Part shown: in pieces, positions 1 through 15,185 of the stretch | Layout of the letters: each line of letters starts with the position of its first letter | Position numbering within the stretch: the first letter of the stretch is position 1 | Source: the human T2T-CHM13v2.0 reference genome, Homo sapiens | NCBI GenBank assembly: GCA_009914755.4 | Contig: CP068257.2 | Coordinates: 26,720,001-26,784,000 of the forward strand | Length of the DNA: 64,000 nt | Direction: 5' to 3' | Translations under genes and position numbers: made by a program | The notes under the pieces: generated by a model | What the model was told of the DNA's origin: nothing | The model's database searches: none | Seen by the model: the letters and a program-made list of their open reading frames with translations, nothing else

Positions 1-769
1 GAAACAGGCTGGTGCATAACAGGAGAAGAAAATCCAATGGAATAGCCACACACAGATTGCCTTTACTTCTAGGTTGGCAGGCAATGTAAGATTTGGAATT
101 AACACCAGAAAGGAATTTCTCCCATCTCTTTCCATGGAGCTGGCTCACTGATGTTCAAGCCATGTTAATAGTCTCAGACTGCTGGCTCTGGAAAATGCTA
201 AAGGTATCAAAAGGCACTCAGAGATTTACCAGTGAATCCAAAATATAAAAGCATTTATCCAAGTGCACCCAGTTTCCCAGTCTTCATTAATAATCAGGTA
301 ATTGAAAGTGTTCTCATCTCTAATGCCTAATGCAGTGAATTATGTGCAGTCTTGCCACCACATCTATGAGGCACGTTAAAGCCCATGGTGGGTTCTCAAC
401 CCTGGCGGCATGCTAATGTCACCCAGAGAGCTCTCACCAAATACCTACATCCAGGGCCCATCCCCAGAGATTCTGGCTTAATTGGCCTGAAGTAGAGCCA
501 AGCCTTGGTATTTTGTATTGCTCCCCAGGAGATTCTAGTGTGCAGCCAAGATTGAAAGACTAAAATGAACAGGCTGAATCTGAAATGAATTATAGATACA
601 TTATAATAACATGTAACTCTTTATTAGAAGACTCAGAACTTTCTAGAAAAAAATTCCTCTGACTCCTCAAGACTGCTCTCACTACTTCACTTAATGTCTC
701 CTGTGTATCTCAGAGATCAGGAGTTACTTGGCATAAAATGTGTGTGAGAGGCAGCCTTGCGTAATGGTT

Positions 770-985
770 AAGAGCACGGTGTTTATATTCTTGGGTTTAA
801 ATCCTTACTCCTATTTAGTGGTATGATCTTGGTTGAATTACTTAGTTCTGTTCCTCTACTTTCCCTCTGTAAAATGGTAATAATAGCTCCAGTTGAAAGG
901 ATTGAATGACTCAATGTGCGTGAAACACTTACACTGTGCCTGGCCCATGGGAAGCTCTACATATGTACTGGCTATTACTATCCCT
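770..985 (+). mobile_element. MIR (SINE/MIR) fragment
   Basis: Matches MIR core: 'agagcacgg...gggtttaaatcc...ctctgtaaaatggtaataata...acactgtgcctggcc' in sense orientation. Confidence 0.6.
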
Positions 986-1424
986 AAACTGCCATTAGCT
1001 GAAAAACAAAAATGTATGAAAATCCAAACCCAAAGTGTTTAATGCTTGAACAGCGTTCTAAACAAGAATCAGCTTTTGTTTTCCCTTTACTGTAAGTCTA
1101 GTATGCAATGACCTCTACAATTCTTAATATTCCACCCAGGACTCAGCCAAATGCACTAGTTTCTTCCATCAAAAAGGCTGCATGTTTTTTGCCAGTATTG
1201 TCAAATTGGGAATCAGTTATTACATAATTTTGTGTTTACTAACAGCATTGTTGCAATACCATAAAAACTATAGTTTGCAAAAGAGCACTGTATTTCCAGA
1301 TGTTTTGTGCACTTCTATAGCAGTTTTGGTGATATCTGGAGAATAAGCATTATGTAAACCTGAAATTTAAATTTCCATTTGTACAATAACAAGACTGACA
1401 TAATGTGGATGCAAAGTGTGGTAG

Positions 1425-1447
1425 TTTTTTTTTTTTTTTTAAAAAAA
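1425..1447. repeat. homopolymer T16 followed by A7
   Basis: Direct read: gtag t(16) a(7) gg. Confidence 0.9.
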
Positions 1448-4400
1448 GGAAGAAAAAAGCTAAAAAGTCTTTTGTATAAGCATGCGCCCCGCTTAACTAG
1501 CTACTTCACTGTTTGACAAAATATCATTTGGAAACTATGTCGGTAAATACCATCAATCCCATTTAGAAGTTGTACTGCACTGACTCTGAAATATTGTTTT
1601 GCTTTTAATTCTGCAGGCATAATTTTTCCAGTGGGTCAGAATCAAGATTACAATAATGTGAAGCAGCGGAAGAAAATCTCCCTGCTGTTAGAAGAAAACA
1701 TGGTTATCCTACCTATTAGCAGACAAACATGGAAATATTTGATTTAATTTAACGTTGACATAATTTAATTTGACTTAATGCTCTCCCAGGGAACAGTGAT
1801 TTCTGATGTCAGGAACTGCCTTTCCTTTAAGGCACATGCTTCTTCTTTAGAGGTAAGGAACTGCAAACATTTTCTGTAAAGCACCACGCATATACATTTT
1901 AGATTTTGCACCCATATGTTCTCTGTTGCAATACTAAACTCTGCTATTGAAGCAAGAAAGTCACAAATAAATGAGCATGTCTGGTATGGAAGGCTGGATA
2001 ATAGTTTCCAAAGAAAAGCAGATTCTAATACCTGCAACATGTGACTACTGCCTTATATTGCAAAAGGAACTTTGCAGGTATGGTTAAATCAAGGATCTTG
2101 AAATGAGGAGATTATTCTACATCATCTGGATGAGCCCTAAAAGTAATCACACTTGTCTTTAAAAAAGAGAGGCAGAGGGACATTTGACCAGAGACAGAAG
2201 GCAATGTGACAACTGGAGCAGGATGCTATGCTACTGGCATGAAAGATAGAGAAAGGGCCAGATGCCACAAAATCAGTTTTTACATGTAAAATACAGTGTT
2301 ATCAACTACAGGGACAATATTGTACAGCAGATCTCTGGTACTTACTCATCTTGCCTAATTGAGAATTTATGCTCTTTGACTAGCAACTCCCTACAGCCCC
2401 TTGCCCCCAGCCCCAGGTTACCACCATGTTACCCTCTAATTCTATGAGTTTGACTATTTTAGATACCTCATGTCAGGGGAATCATGCAATTTTAGTCGTT
2501 CTATGACTGGCTTATTTCACTTAGCATCAGGTCCCCAGGATCATCCAAGGTGTTGCATATAGCAGGACTTTCTTTTTTAACCTTGAATAAATATTACATT
2601 GTAAGTACGTACCATATTTTCTTTATTTGTTCATCTTAGAAGGATGTTTATTCATTTCTAATCTTGTTATTGCAAATAGTGATGCAATGAACATTGGAGT
2701 GCTAACATCTCTTCTAGATTCTAATTCTTTTGGATAAATACTAGAAGTGGGAGTAGTGTACTATGTGATAGCTCTATTTTTAATATTTTGAGAACACTCC
2801 TTACTCTTTTCCATAGCTGCTGCACTATTTGGCATTTCTCCAACAGTGCTCAAGAGATCCAACTTCTCCACATCCTCACCAACACCTGTTGTGTTTTGAT
2901 TGTTGAAAACAGCCATATTAAAAAGTGTGAGGTGATATATCATTATGGCTTTGATTTGCATTTCTCTGATGATTACTGACAATGAACATCTTTTCTTTTA
3001 CCTGTTGGCCATTTGTATGTCTCAATGACTGTTTATTCAAGACTTTAGCCCATTTCTTAATGTGGTAGTTTTTTTACTATTAAGTTATAAAAGTTTCCTT
3101 ATATATTTTGGAAATTAATCATTTATGTAATAAATGGTTTACAAAGATTTTATTCCATTCCCTAGATTGCCTTTTCACTCTATTGATTATTTCCTTTGAT
3201 GTCAGAAACTTTCTAGTTCAATGTTGGCACTCTTGGGAATCAGTTATTATATAATTTTGCGTTTTAAATTTTTTATTTTAATTTTGTATTTTGCTTTTCT
3301 TGCCTGCTTTTGATGTCATATTCATGAATTTATTGCCAATACCAATGTCTTCAAGTTTTACAGTTTCAGGTCTGATACGTAAGTCTTTAATCCACTTTGA
3401 GTTGAATTTACATATGCTTTAATATAAAGGTCCAATTCTATTCTTTTGCCTGTGGATATCCAGTTGTGCCAGAGCCATTTGTTGAAGAAATTATCCTTTC
3501 TCAATTGTATGACCTTTGTCAAAGATAATTTGACCATATATGTGTGAATTTATTTTCGGGTTCTCTATTCTGTTCCATTTTTCTATGTGTTTGTCTTTAT
3601 GCCAGTAACATATTATTTTTATTTTTTATTGATAGATGAAACTTTGTGTATTTACCATGTATAATGTATTGTTTTAAAGTATACATACAATGTTGAATAA
3701 CTAACTAGCTAATTAACATATGCATCCCTTCACATGGTTATCATTTTTGTGATGAGAACACTTTATATCCACTTTCTTAGCTATTACTATAGCTTTGGAA
3801 TAAATTTTGAAATTAGGAAGTGTGATGCCTCTAAGTTTGTTCCTCTTGATCAAGATTGTTTTAGCTATTTGAGGTATTTTGTACTCCCATATAAATTTTA
3901 GAATTATTTTTTCTAATTCTATAAAAAATTCCATTGGGAATTTGATAGGGATTACATTGAATCTGTAGATTACTTTGGGCAGTATTGACATTTTAACAAT
4001 ATTAAGTCTTTCAATCTATGAACACAGGATATCTTCCATCTGCTTGTATCTTGTTTATTTCATCAACGTTTCGTAGTTTTCTGTGTACAAGTATTTTGCC
4101 TCCTTAATATGTTTTGCTTTTTGTTGCTTTATAAGTGGACTTGTTTTCCTAATTTTTTTCAGACAGATTGTTGTATAGAAACTCAACTGATTTTTGTATG
4201 TTGACTTGTATCCCACAATTTTACTGACGTTATTAGTCCTAATAGTTTTTTTAATGGAGTCTTTAGGGTTTTCTATGTATAAAAACTGTATCTGCAAACA
4301 AGAGACAATGCTAATTTTTCCTTTCTGATTTGAGTGCCACTTTTCTTTTCTTGCCTAATTTCTCAGGCTAGGAATTCCAGTACTATATTAAATAAAACAA

Positions 4401-5237
4401 CAAAAGTGACAAAAGAGGGCATCCTTGCTTTGTTCCAAATCATAGAAGAAAAACTTCCAAGTTTTCACCAGTAAGTATGATGTCAACTGTGGGCTCTTCA
4501 TCTATGGCCTTTATTATGTTGAGGTAAAGTCTTTCTATGCCTAGTTTGTTTAGAGCTTGTATCACTAAAATGTTGTTGAATTTTGTCAAACACTTTTTCC
4601 ACATCTATTAAAATGATATGTATATTATAGATTTTATTCTGTTAGTTCATTCAGGCTGTTATAACAAATATTTTAGATTGGGTGGTTAATAAACAGAAAT
4701 TTACTTCTCACAGTTTTAGAGGATGAGATGTTCACAATTGAGGCACTGGCCTCTTGTATAAGAGCACTAATTCCAATCATCTCCCTAAGGCTCTACCTCC
4801 TAATGTCATCACATTGGTGATGAGGTATTAACGCGTGAATTTTGGGGTGACACAAACATTCAGACCATAGAAGTGGCATAGTACATTAATTATTTTTGTA
4901 TGTTAAAACAATCGTGCATCTCAGAGAGCAATCCCACTTGGTCATGGTGTATAATCCTTTTAATGTGCTGTTGAATTCAGTTTGCTGGTACTTTGTTAAA
5001 AATTTTTACATCTTCAGGGATATTGACCTGTAGTTTTCTTTTTTTGTAGTATATTTGTCTGGATTTGGTATCAGGGTAATGTTGAGATCTCGTAAAAAAA
5101 CTTTTCCAGTTTTTTTAAAGAGTCTGAGAAAGGTTGATGTTAATTCTTCCTTATGTGTTTGGTAGAATTTACCAGTGAAGCCATCTGGTGCTGGGCTTTT
5201 CTTTATTAAGAAGTTTCTGGACAATGATCCAATCGTA

Positions 5238-5870
5238 TATAAATATATATAGATATAGATAGACATAATTTATAAATAATATAATTTATATTATATTATA
5301 TATAATTATATATTTATATATCATATATTATATATCATTTATATATCATTTAAGTATATCATCTATATATAATATATGATATATATCATTTATATAATAT
5401 ATCATAGAAATATATATATCATTATATAAATATATATAATTTATATAATGATATATAATAACGTTATATTTATATAATGATATATATTTATATATAAATA
5501 TATATAATGATATATACATATATAACATCTAATACATTAATATATTATATATCATTGATATGTCATTAATATATCAGATGATACATCATTAATATATCAT
5601 TAATATATTAGATATTGATATATCACTATATTAGATATCATTGTTGATATATCACTATAATATAGTAATATATTAGATATTATTTGTATTATATACAATA
5701 TATAAAAATATATTACATAAAATTAATATATTAAAATTACATAAAATACATTATATATAGCATACATAACAAAATATATGCTATATATTATATAGTATAT
5801 TTATGTATATTTATTTATACTGATATATGTGTATATATATTGGTATGTGTACATATATATATGTATAGGT
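5238..5870. repeat. AT-rich simple/low-complexity repeat (TA, TATATCAT-like units) expanded inside L1
   Basis: ~630 bp almost exclusively A/T with repeated 'atatatcat'/'tatataa' motifs; separates collinear L1 ORF2 segments. Confidence 0.85.
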
Positions 5871-7100
5871 ACGTTCTTTGGGATCAGTTGAGACACGTCT
5901 TCTTTCATTTCTGATTTTACTTATTTAACTATTCTATCTTCTTTTTTAGTCTAGCTAAAGGTTGTCAATTTTGTCTGTCTTTAAAATATACCAACACTTA
6001 GGTTTGCTGACTTTTTGTATTGTTTTCTATTATCTATTGTGCTTATTTCTCTTCTAAACTGTACAATATCCTTTCTTCTGCTAACTTTAGGCTTAGGTTG
6101 CTCTTCATTTTACTTTTTCACCTATTTTACTCCTTTGAGGTGTAAGGTTAGGTTATTTATTGAAGATCTTTCTTCGTTTTTAATGTAGGCATTTATTACC
6201 ATAAACCTCCTTCTTAGAACTGCTTTTGCTGCATCTTAGAAATGTTTAGTATGTTGTATTTTTATTTTTGTTTGTCTCAAAATATTTTCTAACTTCCCTT
6301 TTGATTTTTTTCTTTTACCCATTGGTTGTTGAGAAGTAAGTGTTTTTAAATTTCCATATATTTGTGAATTTTCCAGTGTTTCTTCTGCTCTTGACTTCTA
6401 GTTTCATTTCATTGTGGTCATAAAAGATACTTAGTATAATTTCAATCTTCTTAAATTTGTTAGCATTCATTTTGTGACCTAGCCCGTGCTCAATCCTAAA
6501 GAAATATTCATGTACACATGAGAAGACTTTCTATTCTGCTTCTCTTGGGTTGGATGTTCTACATATATCTGTTAAGTCCATTTAGTCTATAGTGTTATTC
6601 AAGTCCTCTGTTTACTTATTGATATTCTGTCTGGATGTCTGTCCATTATTGAAAGTGTGGCACTGAAGTCTCCTACTATTATTGCATAGCTATTTCTACC
6701 CTCAGCTTTGTCATAAATATACAAAGCTCATCTGCTGTATATATTTAGATGCTCTAATGTTGGAGGTGTATGTACTTATAATCATTGTATCTTCCTGGGA
6801 AATTGATTGTTTTATCATTACAAAACATCTTTTTTATGTTTAGTGAAAGTTTTTGACTTAAAAATCTATTTTGCCTGATGCAAGTGTATCCACCTTTGTT
6901 GTATTTTGGTTGCCACTTCAACCAAATTTGCCACATCAAATATCTTTTTCCATCCCTTCACTTGTAGCTATATGTGTCCTTAAATCTAATGTCAGTTTCA
7001 TGTGGATACAGTATAGTTGGATGACTTTTTAGTCCATTCAGCCACTCTAAGCCTTTTGATTGGGACATTTAATCATTTAAACTTTAAAAGTTTAAATTAA

Positions 7101-7519
<419 letters not shown>

Positions 7520-7746
7520 CTTTTTGTCTCTTGCTCCTTTCATTTGTGTTTCATTGATTTTTTTTTATTGATATGCCTTTATTTCTTATTTTTATCTTGT
7601 GCTATAGGCATTTTATTGTGGTTACCATGGGACCTACATAAAATATCTTACAGTTTTAACAGTATTTTTTTAAAAAAATAACAATTTAACTTCAAGCATA
7701 TGCAAAAACTTTTTTCTTTCCCCACACTCAGTTATTGATTTCCTAA

Positions 7747-8192
<446 letters not shown>

Positions 8193-8756
8193 CTATACAT
8201 TGATCTTTACAAGTAAGTTTCATACTCTTTATGCCATTCTGTTACTGGTTAGTATCCTTCCCTTTTGACTTGAAGAACTCCCATTAGCATTTCTTGAGAG
8301 GCAAATTGAATGGTGATGAGCTTCCTCAGTTTTTGTTAGTCTGGAAAAATTCTTATTCTTCTTTATTTTTGAAGGACATTTTTACCAGCTATGGTATATT
8401 TGGTTCATAGTCATTCATTTGTTTGTTTCTTTTAGCACTTTCAATAAATTGTCCTACTCCCATCTAACTTGCAAAGTTTCTGCTGAGAAAATTACCTTAT
8501 AGTCTTGAGGAGGTTCGCTTATATGAGACAAGACATTTTTCTCTTGCTACTTTCAAAATTCTCTTTGGCTTTCGACAATTTGATTACAAAGTGGCTACGT
8601 ATAGATTTCTTTGGGTTTATTCTTTTGGGCTTGGGTTGAGGAGGCAGATTTCTGGTCTATATATTCATTTCCTAACCCAGATTTGGCAAATTTTTAGCAT
8701 TAACTTTTAAAATATGCTTTCAGTATTCTTTTTTCCTCCTTCTAAGATCCCCATTT

Positions 8757-9020
8757 TATATATATATATACACACACACATATATATATACACATATATA
8801 CACATATATATACACATATATACACATATATATACACATATATACACACATATATACATATATACACATATATATACATATATACACATATATACACATA
8901 TATATATACATATATACACATATATCCATATATGTGTATATATGTATATATATATCCATATATATGTGTGTGTATATATATGTGTATATATATCCATATA
9001 TATGTGTGTGTGTATATATA

Positions 9021-9104
<84 letters not shown>
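8757..9104. repeat. Complex microsatellite (TA)n/(CA)n/(TATACACA)n/(TG)n
   Basis: ~350 bp of tatatacacacacatatatatacacatatatacac... ending in long (TA)n; produces spurious overlapping ORFs on both strands. Confidence 0.95.
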
Positions 9105-9105
<1 letters not shown>

Positions 9106-11564
9106 ACTTGGTGGTGTCCCATAAGTTCCTTAATCTTTCTTCACTCTTGTTTTCTTCGGTTTTCTTTCTGCTTCTATGACTGAATAATTTTTATAACCAG
9201 GCTCTGACTTTACTAACGCTCTCTTCTATTTGATCTAGTCTACAGTTGAACTTCATTAGTAAATTGTTCAGTTCAGTTATTATATTCTTTAGTCCCATGA
9301 TTTCTGTTTGGTACGTTTTTAATATTTCCTGTCTCTTTGTTGAAATTCTCACATTGTTTATGCATTATTCTCCACACCTCAGTGAGAAATTTTAAGATGC
9401 TTATTTTGCATTATTTGCTAGATAAATTATATAACTCCATTTAATTCAGGTAGGTTTCTAGAGATTTGTCTTCCTTCTTTGACTGGAACATCATTGCCTA
9501 GTTCTCTATTTCTCTTTCCTCTCTGTGTTGCTGTCTAAATATTACATAAAATAGTCACTTCTTCCACTCTTCAAAGACTAGCCTTGTCTAGGAGAAGTTC
9601 TCACTAATCAGCCTGGCCAGAGATTCTGAAGACCTCTCGAACTGTAAGTTTTCTCAACCCACTTTCTTTATTATACTCACCCCCCAACCACCACAGGCAT
9701 CTAGAATATGCCAGATGCCATCAATACTCCAAGACAAGAAAAATAAAACCAGTTCTTCAGGAAGTCCCTGAAAAGGTTGGATTATTGGGTGCTCTAAGTC
9801 AACTCTTTCAATCCCCAAAGAGGAGCTGGGAGCTGGGATTTTTATCTGCTCACTCTGATCTGTGCAGTCAGGTGAGCAGCTGTAGTGACTAGTTGTGTGC
9901 TAAAAACCCTATGCCTGCTTTGCTCATGTTCTTATCAACTATCCTTCATCACAAAGATACATTAATGGTACTGTAGGTGTCAGTTTACATGACTGGTTTT
10001 TTTTTTCCTTCTTAGTTGTCAATTTTTGTGAGTATATAGCAGGTATATATATTTATGGGGTACATGAGATATTTTGATATAGGAATACATGCTTAATAAC
10101 CACATCAAGACAAGTGATATTCATCACCCCAAACATTTATCCTTTGTGTTATAAATAATCCAGCTATACACTTTTAGTTATTTTAAAATAGAAAATTAAA
10201 TTATTATTGCCTTTAGTCACCCTCTTGCACTATGAAATACAAGGTCTTATTTATACTTCCTAACTATTTTTTGTACCCATTAACCATACCTACTTTTATT
10301 CCATCACCAATCACTACCCTTCCCAGCCACTGGTAACCATCCTTCCACTCTCTATACCCATGAGTACAATTCTTTTAATTTCTAGCTCCCATAAATACAT
10401 GAGAACACGCAAAATTTGACTTTCTGTGCCTGGCTTATTTCACTTGACGTAATGACTTCCAAGTCATTATGTTAATGACATGTGCCATTCATGCTGCTGC
10501 AAATGACAGGATCTTATTTGTTTTAATAGCTGAATAGTACTCCTTTGTATATATGTACCACATTTTCCTTATTTATTCATCTGCTGAGGGACACTTAGTT
10601 TGCTTCCAAATCATGGTTACTGTGAATAGTGCTATAATAAACATGGGAGTGCAGATATCTATTCAATCTGTTAATTTCATTTCTTTTGGATATATACCTA
10701 GCTGTGGGATTGTGGGATCATACAGTAGCTCTATTTTTACTTTTTTGAGGAAACTTCAAACCGTTCCAGTAGTGGTTGTACTAATTTACATTCCCACTAA
10801 CTATGTACAAGGTCTCCACCTTCTTACTAGCATTTGTTTCTGCCCATTTTTTTTTTTTTTTGGATAAAAGCCATTTTTACTGGATGAGATGATATCTCAC
10901 TGTAGTTTTGAGATTTGCATTTCTCTGATGATCAATGATGTTGAGCACCTTTTCATTCACCTGATTTTTATTTGTACATATTCTTTTGTAAATGCCTATT
11001 CAGATCTTTTGTCCATATTTTAATCAGATTATTAATTTTTTCCTATAGAGTTGTTTGAGCTATTTATGTATTCTGGTAACTAACAATTGGACAGATGGAT
11101 AGTTTACAGATATTTTCTACCATGCGATGGGGTTATCTCTTCACTTTATTGACTGTATCTATTGCTGTGGAGAAGCTTTTTAATTTGATGTTATGCCATT
11201 TGTCTATTTTTGCTTTGCAAACTGTTTGTGGGGCATTACTCAAAATCTTTACTTAGCGCAATGTCCTGGAGAGTTTCTCAAATGTTTTCTTGTAGTCGTT
11301 TCATAGATTGAGGTCTGAAATTTAAGTGTTTAATCCATTTTGATTTGATTTTTTTATATGGCAAGAGATAGAGGTCTAGTTTCATTCTTCTGCATATGGA
11401 TATCCAGATTTCCCAGCACCATTTATTGATGAGACATTTATTTTTCCATTGTATGTTCTTGGTGTCTTTTTTTAAAATGAGTTTGTTTTGGGTTCTCTAT
11501 TCTGTTCTATTTGTCTACGTGTCTGTCTTTGTTTATTCGTTTGTTTGTTTGTCTGTTTTTGGAG

Positions 11565-11843
11565 ACAGAGTCTTGCTCTGTTACCCAGCCTAGAGTGCAA
11601 TGGCAAAATCTCAACTAGCTGCAAACTCTGCATCCAAAGTTCAAGCAATTCTTGTGCCTCAGCCTTACAAGTAGCTGGGTTTACAGGCATGTGCCACCAA
11701 ACCTGGCTAATTTTTGTATTTTAGTAGAGACGGGGTTTCACCACGTCGGCCAGACTGGTCTCGAACTGTTGGCCTCAAGTGATCCACCAGCCCTGGGCTC
11801 CCAAATTCTTGGGATAACAGTAGGCATGAGCCACTGCACTGGG
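11565..11843 (-). mobile_element. Alu SINE nested in L1 with 16-bp TSD
   Basis: Antisense Alu 'ggagacagagtcttgctctgttacccag...gcatgagccactgcactggg'. Flanked by 'tctacgtgtctgtcttt' (11513-11529) and 'tctatgtgtctgtcttc' (11844-11860). Confidence 0.9.
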
Positions 11844-14149
11844 TCTATGTGTCTGTCTTCATGCCAATATTAATGCTGTTTTGGTCACTATAACTCTAAT
11901 ATTATTTGATGTCAGGTAATAGGATTCCTCTAGTTTTGTTCTGCCTGCTCAGAATAGCTTTGGCTATTCTGAGTCTTTTGTGGTTCCATATAAATTTTAG
12001 GATTATTTTTTCTATTTCTGTGAAGAATGTCATTGGTATTTTGAAAGGGATTGCATTGAATCTGTAGATTGCTTTGGGTAATATGGACTTTCTAACAATA
12101 TTGATTCTTGAAATTCATGAACATAGAATATCTTTCCATTTTTGTGTGTTACTTTTTTATTTCTTTTTCAGATTAATCACTTTTGGCATATAAAAATACT
12201 ACTAATATCTGTATATTGATGTTGTATCCCATGATTTACTGAATTTATTAGTTCTCATCATTTTTTATTTGCTGCAGTCTTTATTTTTTCCAAATATAAG
12301 ATTATATATGCATATAAGGATAATTTGACTCCTTCCTTTCCAATTTGGACGCTCATTATTTCTTTATCTTGTCTGATTGCTCTAGCTAGAACTTCCAGTA
12401 CTATGCTGAATAACAGCAGTGAAACTGGGCATCCTTGTCATGTTCTCAATCTTAGAGAAAAGGTTTTCAGTTTTTCCCCATTCAGTATGATACTAGCTGT
12501 GGATCTGTCATATATGGCTTTTATTATGTTGAGATATGTCCTTTCTATACTGTTTTTTTAGGGTTTTTATTATGAAGGGATGTTGAATTATATCAAATGC
12601 TTCTCCAGCATTAGTTGAAATTATCATATTGTTTTTGTCTTATTCTGTTGATATATCAAATTGGTTGATTTGCATATATTGGACCATCCTTGCACCTCTG
12701 AGATAAATCCCACTTGGCCATGATAAATCATCTTTTTGATGTGTTATTGAGTTCAGTTTGCTAGTGTTTTGTGAAGCATTTGTGAATCAAGATTCATCAG
12801 GGATATTGGCCTGTAGTTTTGTTTTTTTTTTTAAATGGGTCTGTCTGGTTTTGGTATCAAAGTAATTCTGGGCTCATAAAATGAGTTTGAAAATATTCCC
12901 TCTTCTTCTGTTATTCTAAATAGTTTGAGTAGTATTGGTATTCTTTAAATGTTAGGTAAAATTCAGCAATGAAGTCATTATATCTCAGGCTTGTCTTTCC
13001 TGGGAGATGTTTTATTATCATTTTGATCTCATCACTTATTATTGGTCTGTTCAGATTGTAAATTTCTTCACGGTTCAATGTTGGTAGACTGTATGTGTCT
13101 AAAAATTTATCCATTCCTTCTAGATATTCCAATTTATGGGTATATAGTGCTCAAAGCAGCCTCTAATAATCCTTTAAATTTCTGTACTATTGGTTGTAAT
13201 GTCTCCTTTTTCATCTCTAATTTTATTTGGGTCTTCTCTCTTTATCTTAGTCTGGCTAAAGGTTTGTCAATTTTGTTTAACTTTTCAGAAAACCAACTTT
13301 GATTCATTTTATTAATCTTTTGTATTGTTTTCTTCATTTCTTCATTTTAATTTCATTTATTTATGTTCTGATCTTTACTGTTTCTTTTCTACTACTAATG
13401 TTGGGTTTGGTCAGCTATGGCTTTTCTAGCTTTTTAAGATGCATAATTAGGATGTTTAAAGTTTTTCTGCTTTTTTATGTAGGCCCTTATAGCTATAAAC
13501 TTTCCTCTTAGTATTGCTTTAACTGCATACCATAGGTTTTAGCATGCTGTGTTTCAATTATTGTTTGTTTGTAAAAATGTTTCAATTTCCTCCTTAATTT
13601 CTTCACTGAACCACAGGTCATTCGGGAGCATAATGTTTAATTTCCACGTATTTGTATAGTTTCTAAAATTCCTCTTGTTATTGATTTACTATTTTTATTA
13701 TTTATTACTTTTTATTTCATTTGGTCAGAGAAGGTATTTGATTTTTTTTTAATTTTTAAAGACTTAATTTTTTTGGCCTAATATATAGTCTATCATTGAA
13801 AATGCTCCATGTGCCAAGGAGAAGAATGTGCATTCTGCAGCTGTTGGATGATATTTTCTGTAAATATTTATTAGGTCCATTTGGTCTGCAGTGTGGATTA
13901 AGTGCAAATTTCTTTGTTGATTTTCAGTCTCGATGATCTGTGCAATGTGAAAGTTGAGTGTTGAAGTCTTTAGCTATTATTATGTTAAGGTTGATCACTC
14001 TCTTTAGCTCTGACAATACTTGCTTCATATATCTAGGTGTTCCTGTGTTGGCTGCATATACATTTACAATTATTGTATCCTCTTGGTAATTTTATCCTGT
14101 TGTCATTATATAATGGTCTTCTTTGTATTTTTTTACAGTTTTTGTCTTA

Positions 14150-14250
14150 AAATCTATTTTATCTGATATAAAATAGATTTATATCTGATAAATTTATATC
14201 TATTTTATCTGATATAAAAAATCTATTTTATCTGATATAAAATTATATCT
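14150..14250. repeat. Local tandem duplication (~25-30 bp unit 'atctattttatctgatataaaa', ~4 copies) inside L1
   Basis: Direct read of repeated 'ctattttatctgatataaaa' units. Confidence 0.8.
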
Positions 14251-14391
14251 GACTTGCTCTTTCGTAGTTCCCATTGGCATGGAATATATTTTTCCATCTC
14301 TTTATTTTCAGTCTACTTGTGTCTTTACAGGTGAAGTGCATTTCTTCTAGACTATAGATCATTGGGTCTTGTTTTCTTTTTTCTTTTCTGT

Positions 14392-14688
14392 TCTTTTTTT
14401 TTAAGACAGAGTCTCCCTCTGTCACCTCAGCTGGAGTGCACAGCATGATCTCAGCTCACTGCAACCTCCACCTCCTGAGCTCTAAGCAATTCTCCTGCCT
14501 CAGCCTCCAGAGTAGCTGGGACTAAAGGCACCCCCACGCCTGGCTAATTTTGTATTTTTAGTAGAGACGGGGTTTCATCATGTTGGCCAGGGTGGTCTCA
14601 AACTCCTGACCTCAGGAAATCCACATGCCTCGGCCTCCCAAAGTACAGGGACTACATGCGTGAGCCACAACACCTGGGCTTGTTTTCT
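14392..14688 (-). mobile_element. Alu SINE nested in L1 ORF2 N-terminal region, TSD 'cttgttttctt'
   Basis: Antisense Alu 'ttttttttaagacagagtctccctctgtcacc...gcgtgagccacaacacctgggc'. Flanking direct repeats at 14376-14386 and 14689-14699. Confidence 0.9.
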
Positions 14689-15185
14689 TATCCATGAGTC
14701 TATGTCTTTTAATTGAAGAGTTTAGTTCATTTATATTTAATGTTATTCTTGATAAGTAAAGTCTTACTCCTGTAAGACTTCTTTTGTTTTGTTTTGTTGT
14801 TGATTTTCTGGGTGTTTTTTTGTGTGTTCTCTTCTTTCTGATTTTTCTTCCTGTTTTCCTTTTAGTAGAAGTGATTTTCTCCAGCAGACTATTTTAATTT
14901 CTTGTTCATTATTTTTTGTTCATCTGTTGTGTGTTATTTGATTTGCAGTTACCATAGAGCTTGCAAATAAAATTGTATAACTTATTATTTTAAACTGATA
15001 ACAGCTTAACACTGATGGCATAAATCAACAAATGAAATAACAAACAAGCAAAATACTAATGAAAATTCTATAAATTTAACTTCATCCTCCTACTTTTTTG
15101 TGATGGATATTTATGATGGGTTTTATCATATAATTTCTATATTTTTATTAAAATTTTAATTTCCATGATTAGTTTTTTTATTAAG

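Larger units (their letters stand above)
9993..15185 (-). mobile_element. LINE-1 (older L1PA-type), 5'-truncated near ORF1/ORF2 junction, with two nested Alus
   Basis: Starts with T(11) (RC of poly-A) then antisense L1 3' end ('ggggtacatg...', 'tgtacccattaacc...cccagccactggtaacc...ctggcttatttcacttg'). Minus-strand ORF 12911-13132 matches ORF2p (EMDKFLDTYxLPxLNxEE...PGKTS). ORF2 N-terminus lies near 14250-14390. Antisense ORF1/ORF2 spacer motif 'gttaccatagagcttgcaaataaaattgtataac' near 14950. Confidence 0.8.

Noticed and set aside
2761-5266. Minus-strand ORFs resembling reverse transcriptase/endonuclease as potential genes
   Set aside because: They are collinear fragments of one decayed L1 ORF2 interrupted by stops and frameshifts. 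This is a pseudogenic transposon remnant, not a host gene.
8707-9183. Five overlapping 67-136-aa ORFs on both strands (YIYIHTHIY... peptides)
   Set aside because: They lie entirely within the TA/CA/TG microsatellite. Repetitive codons from simple sequence are not coding.
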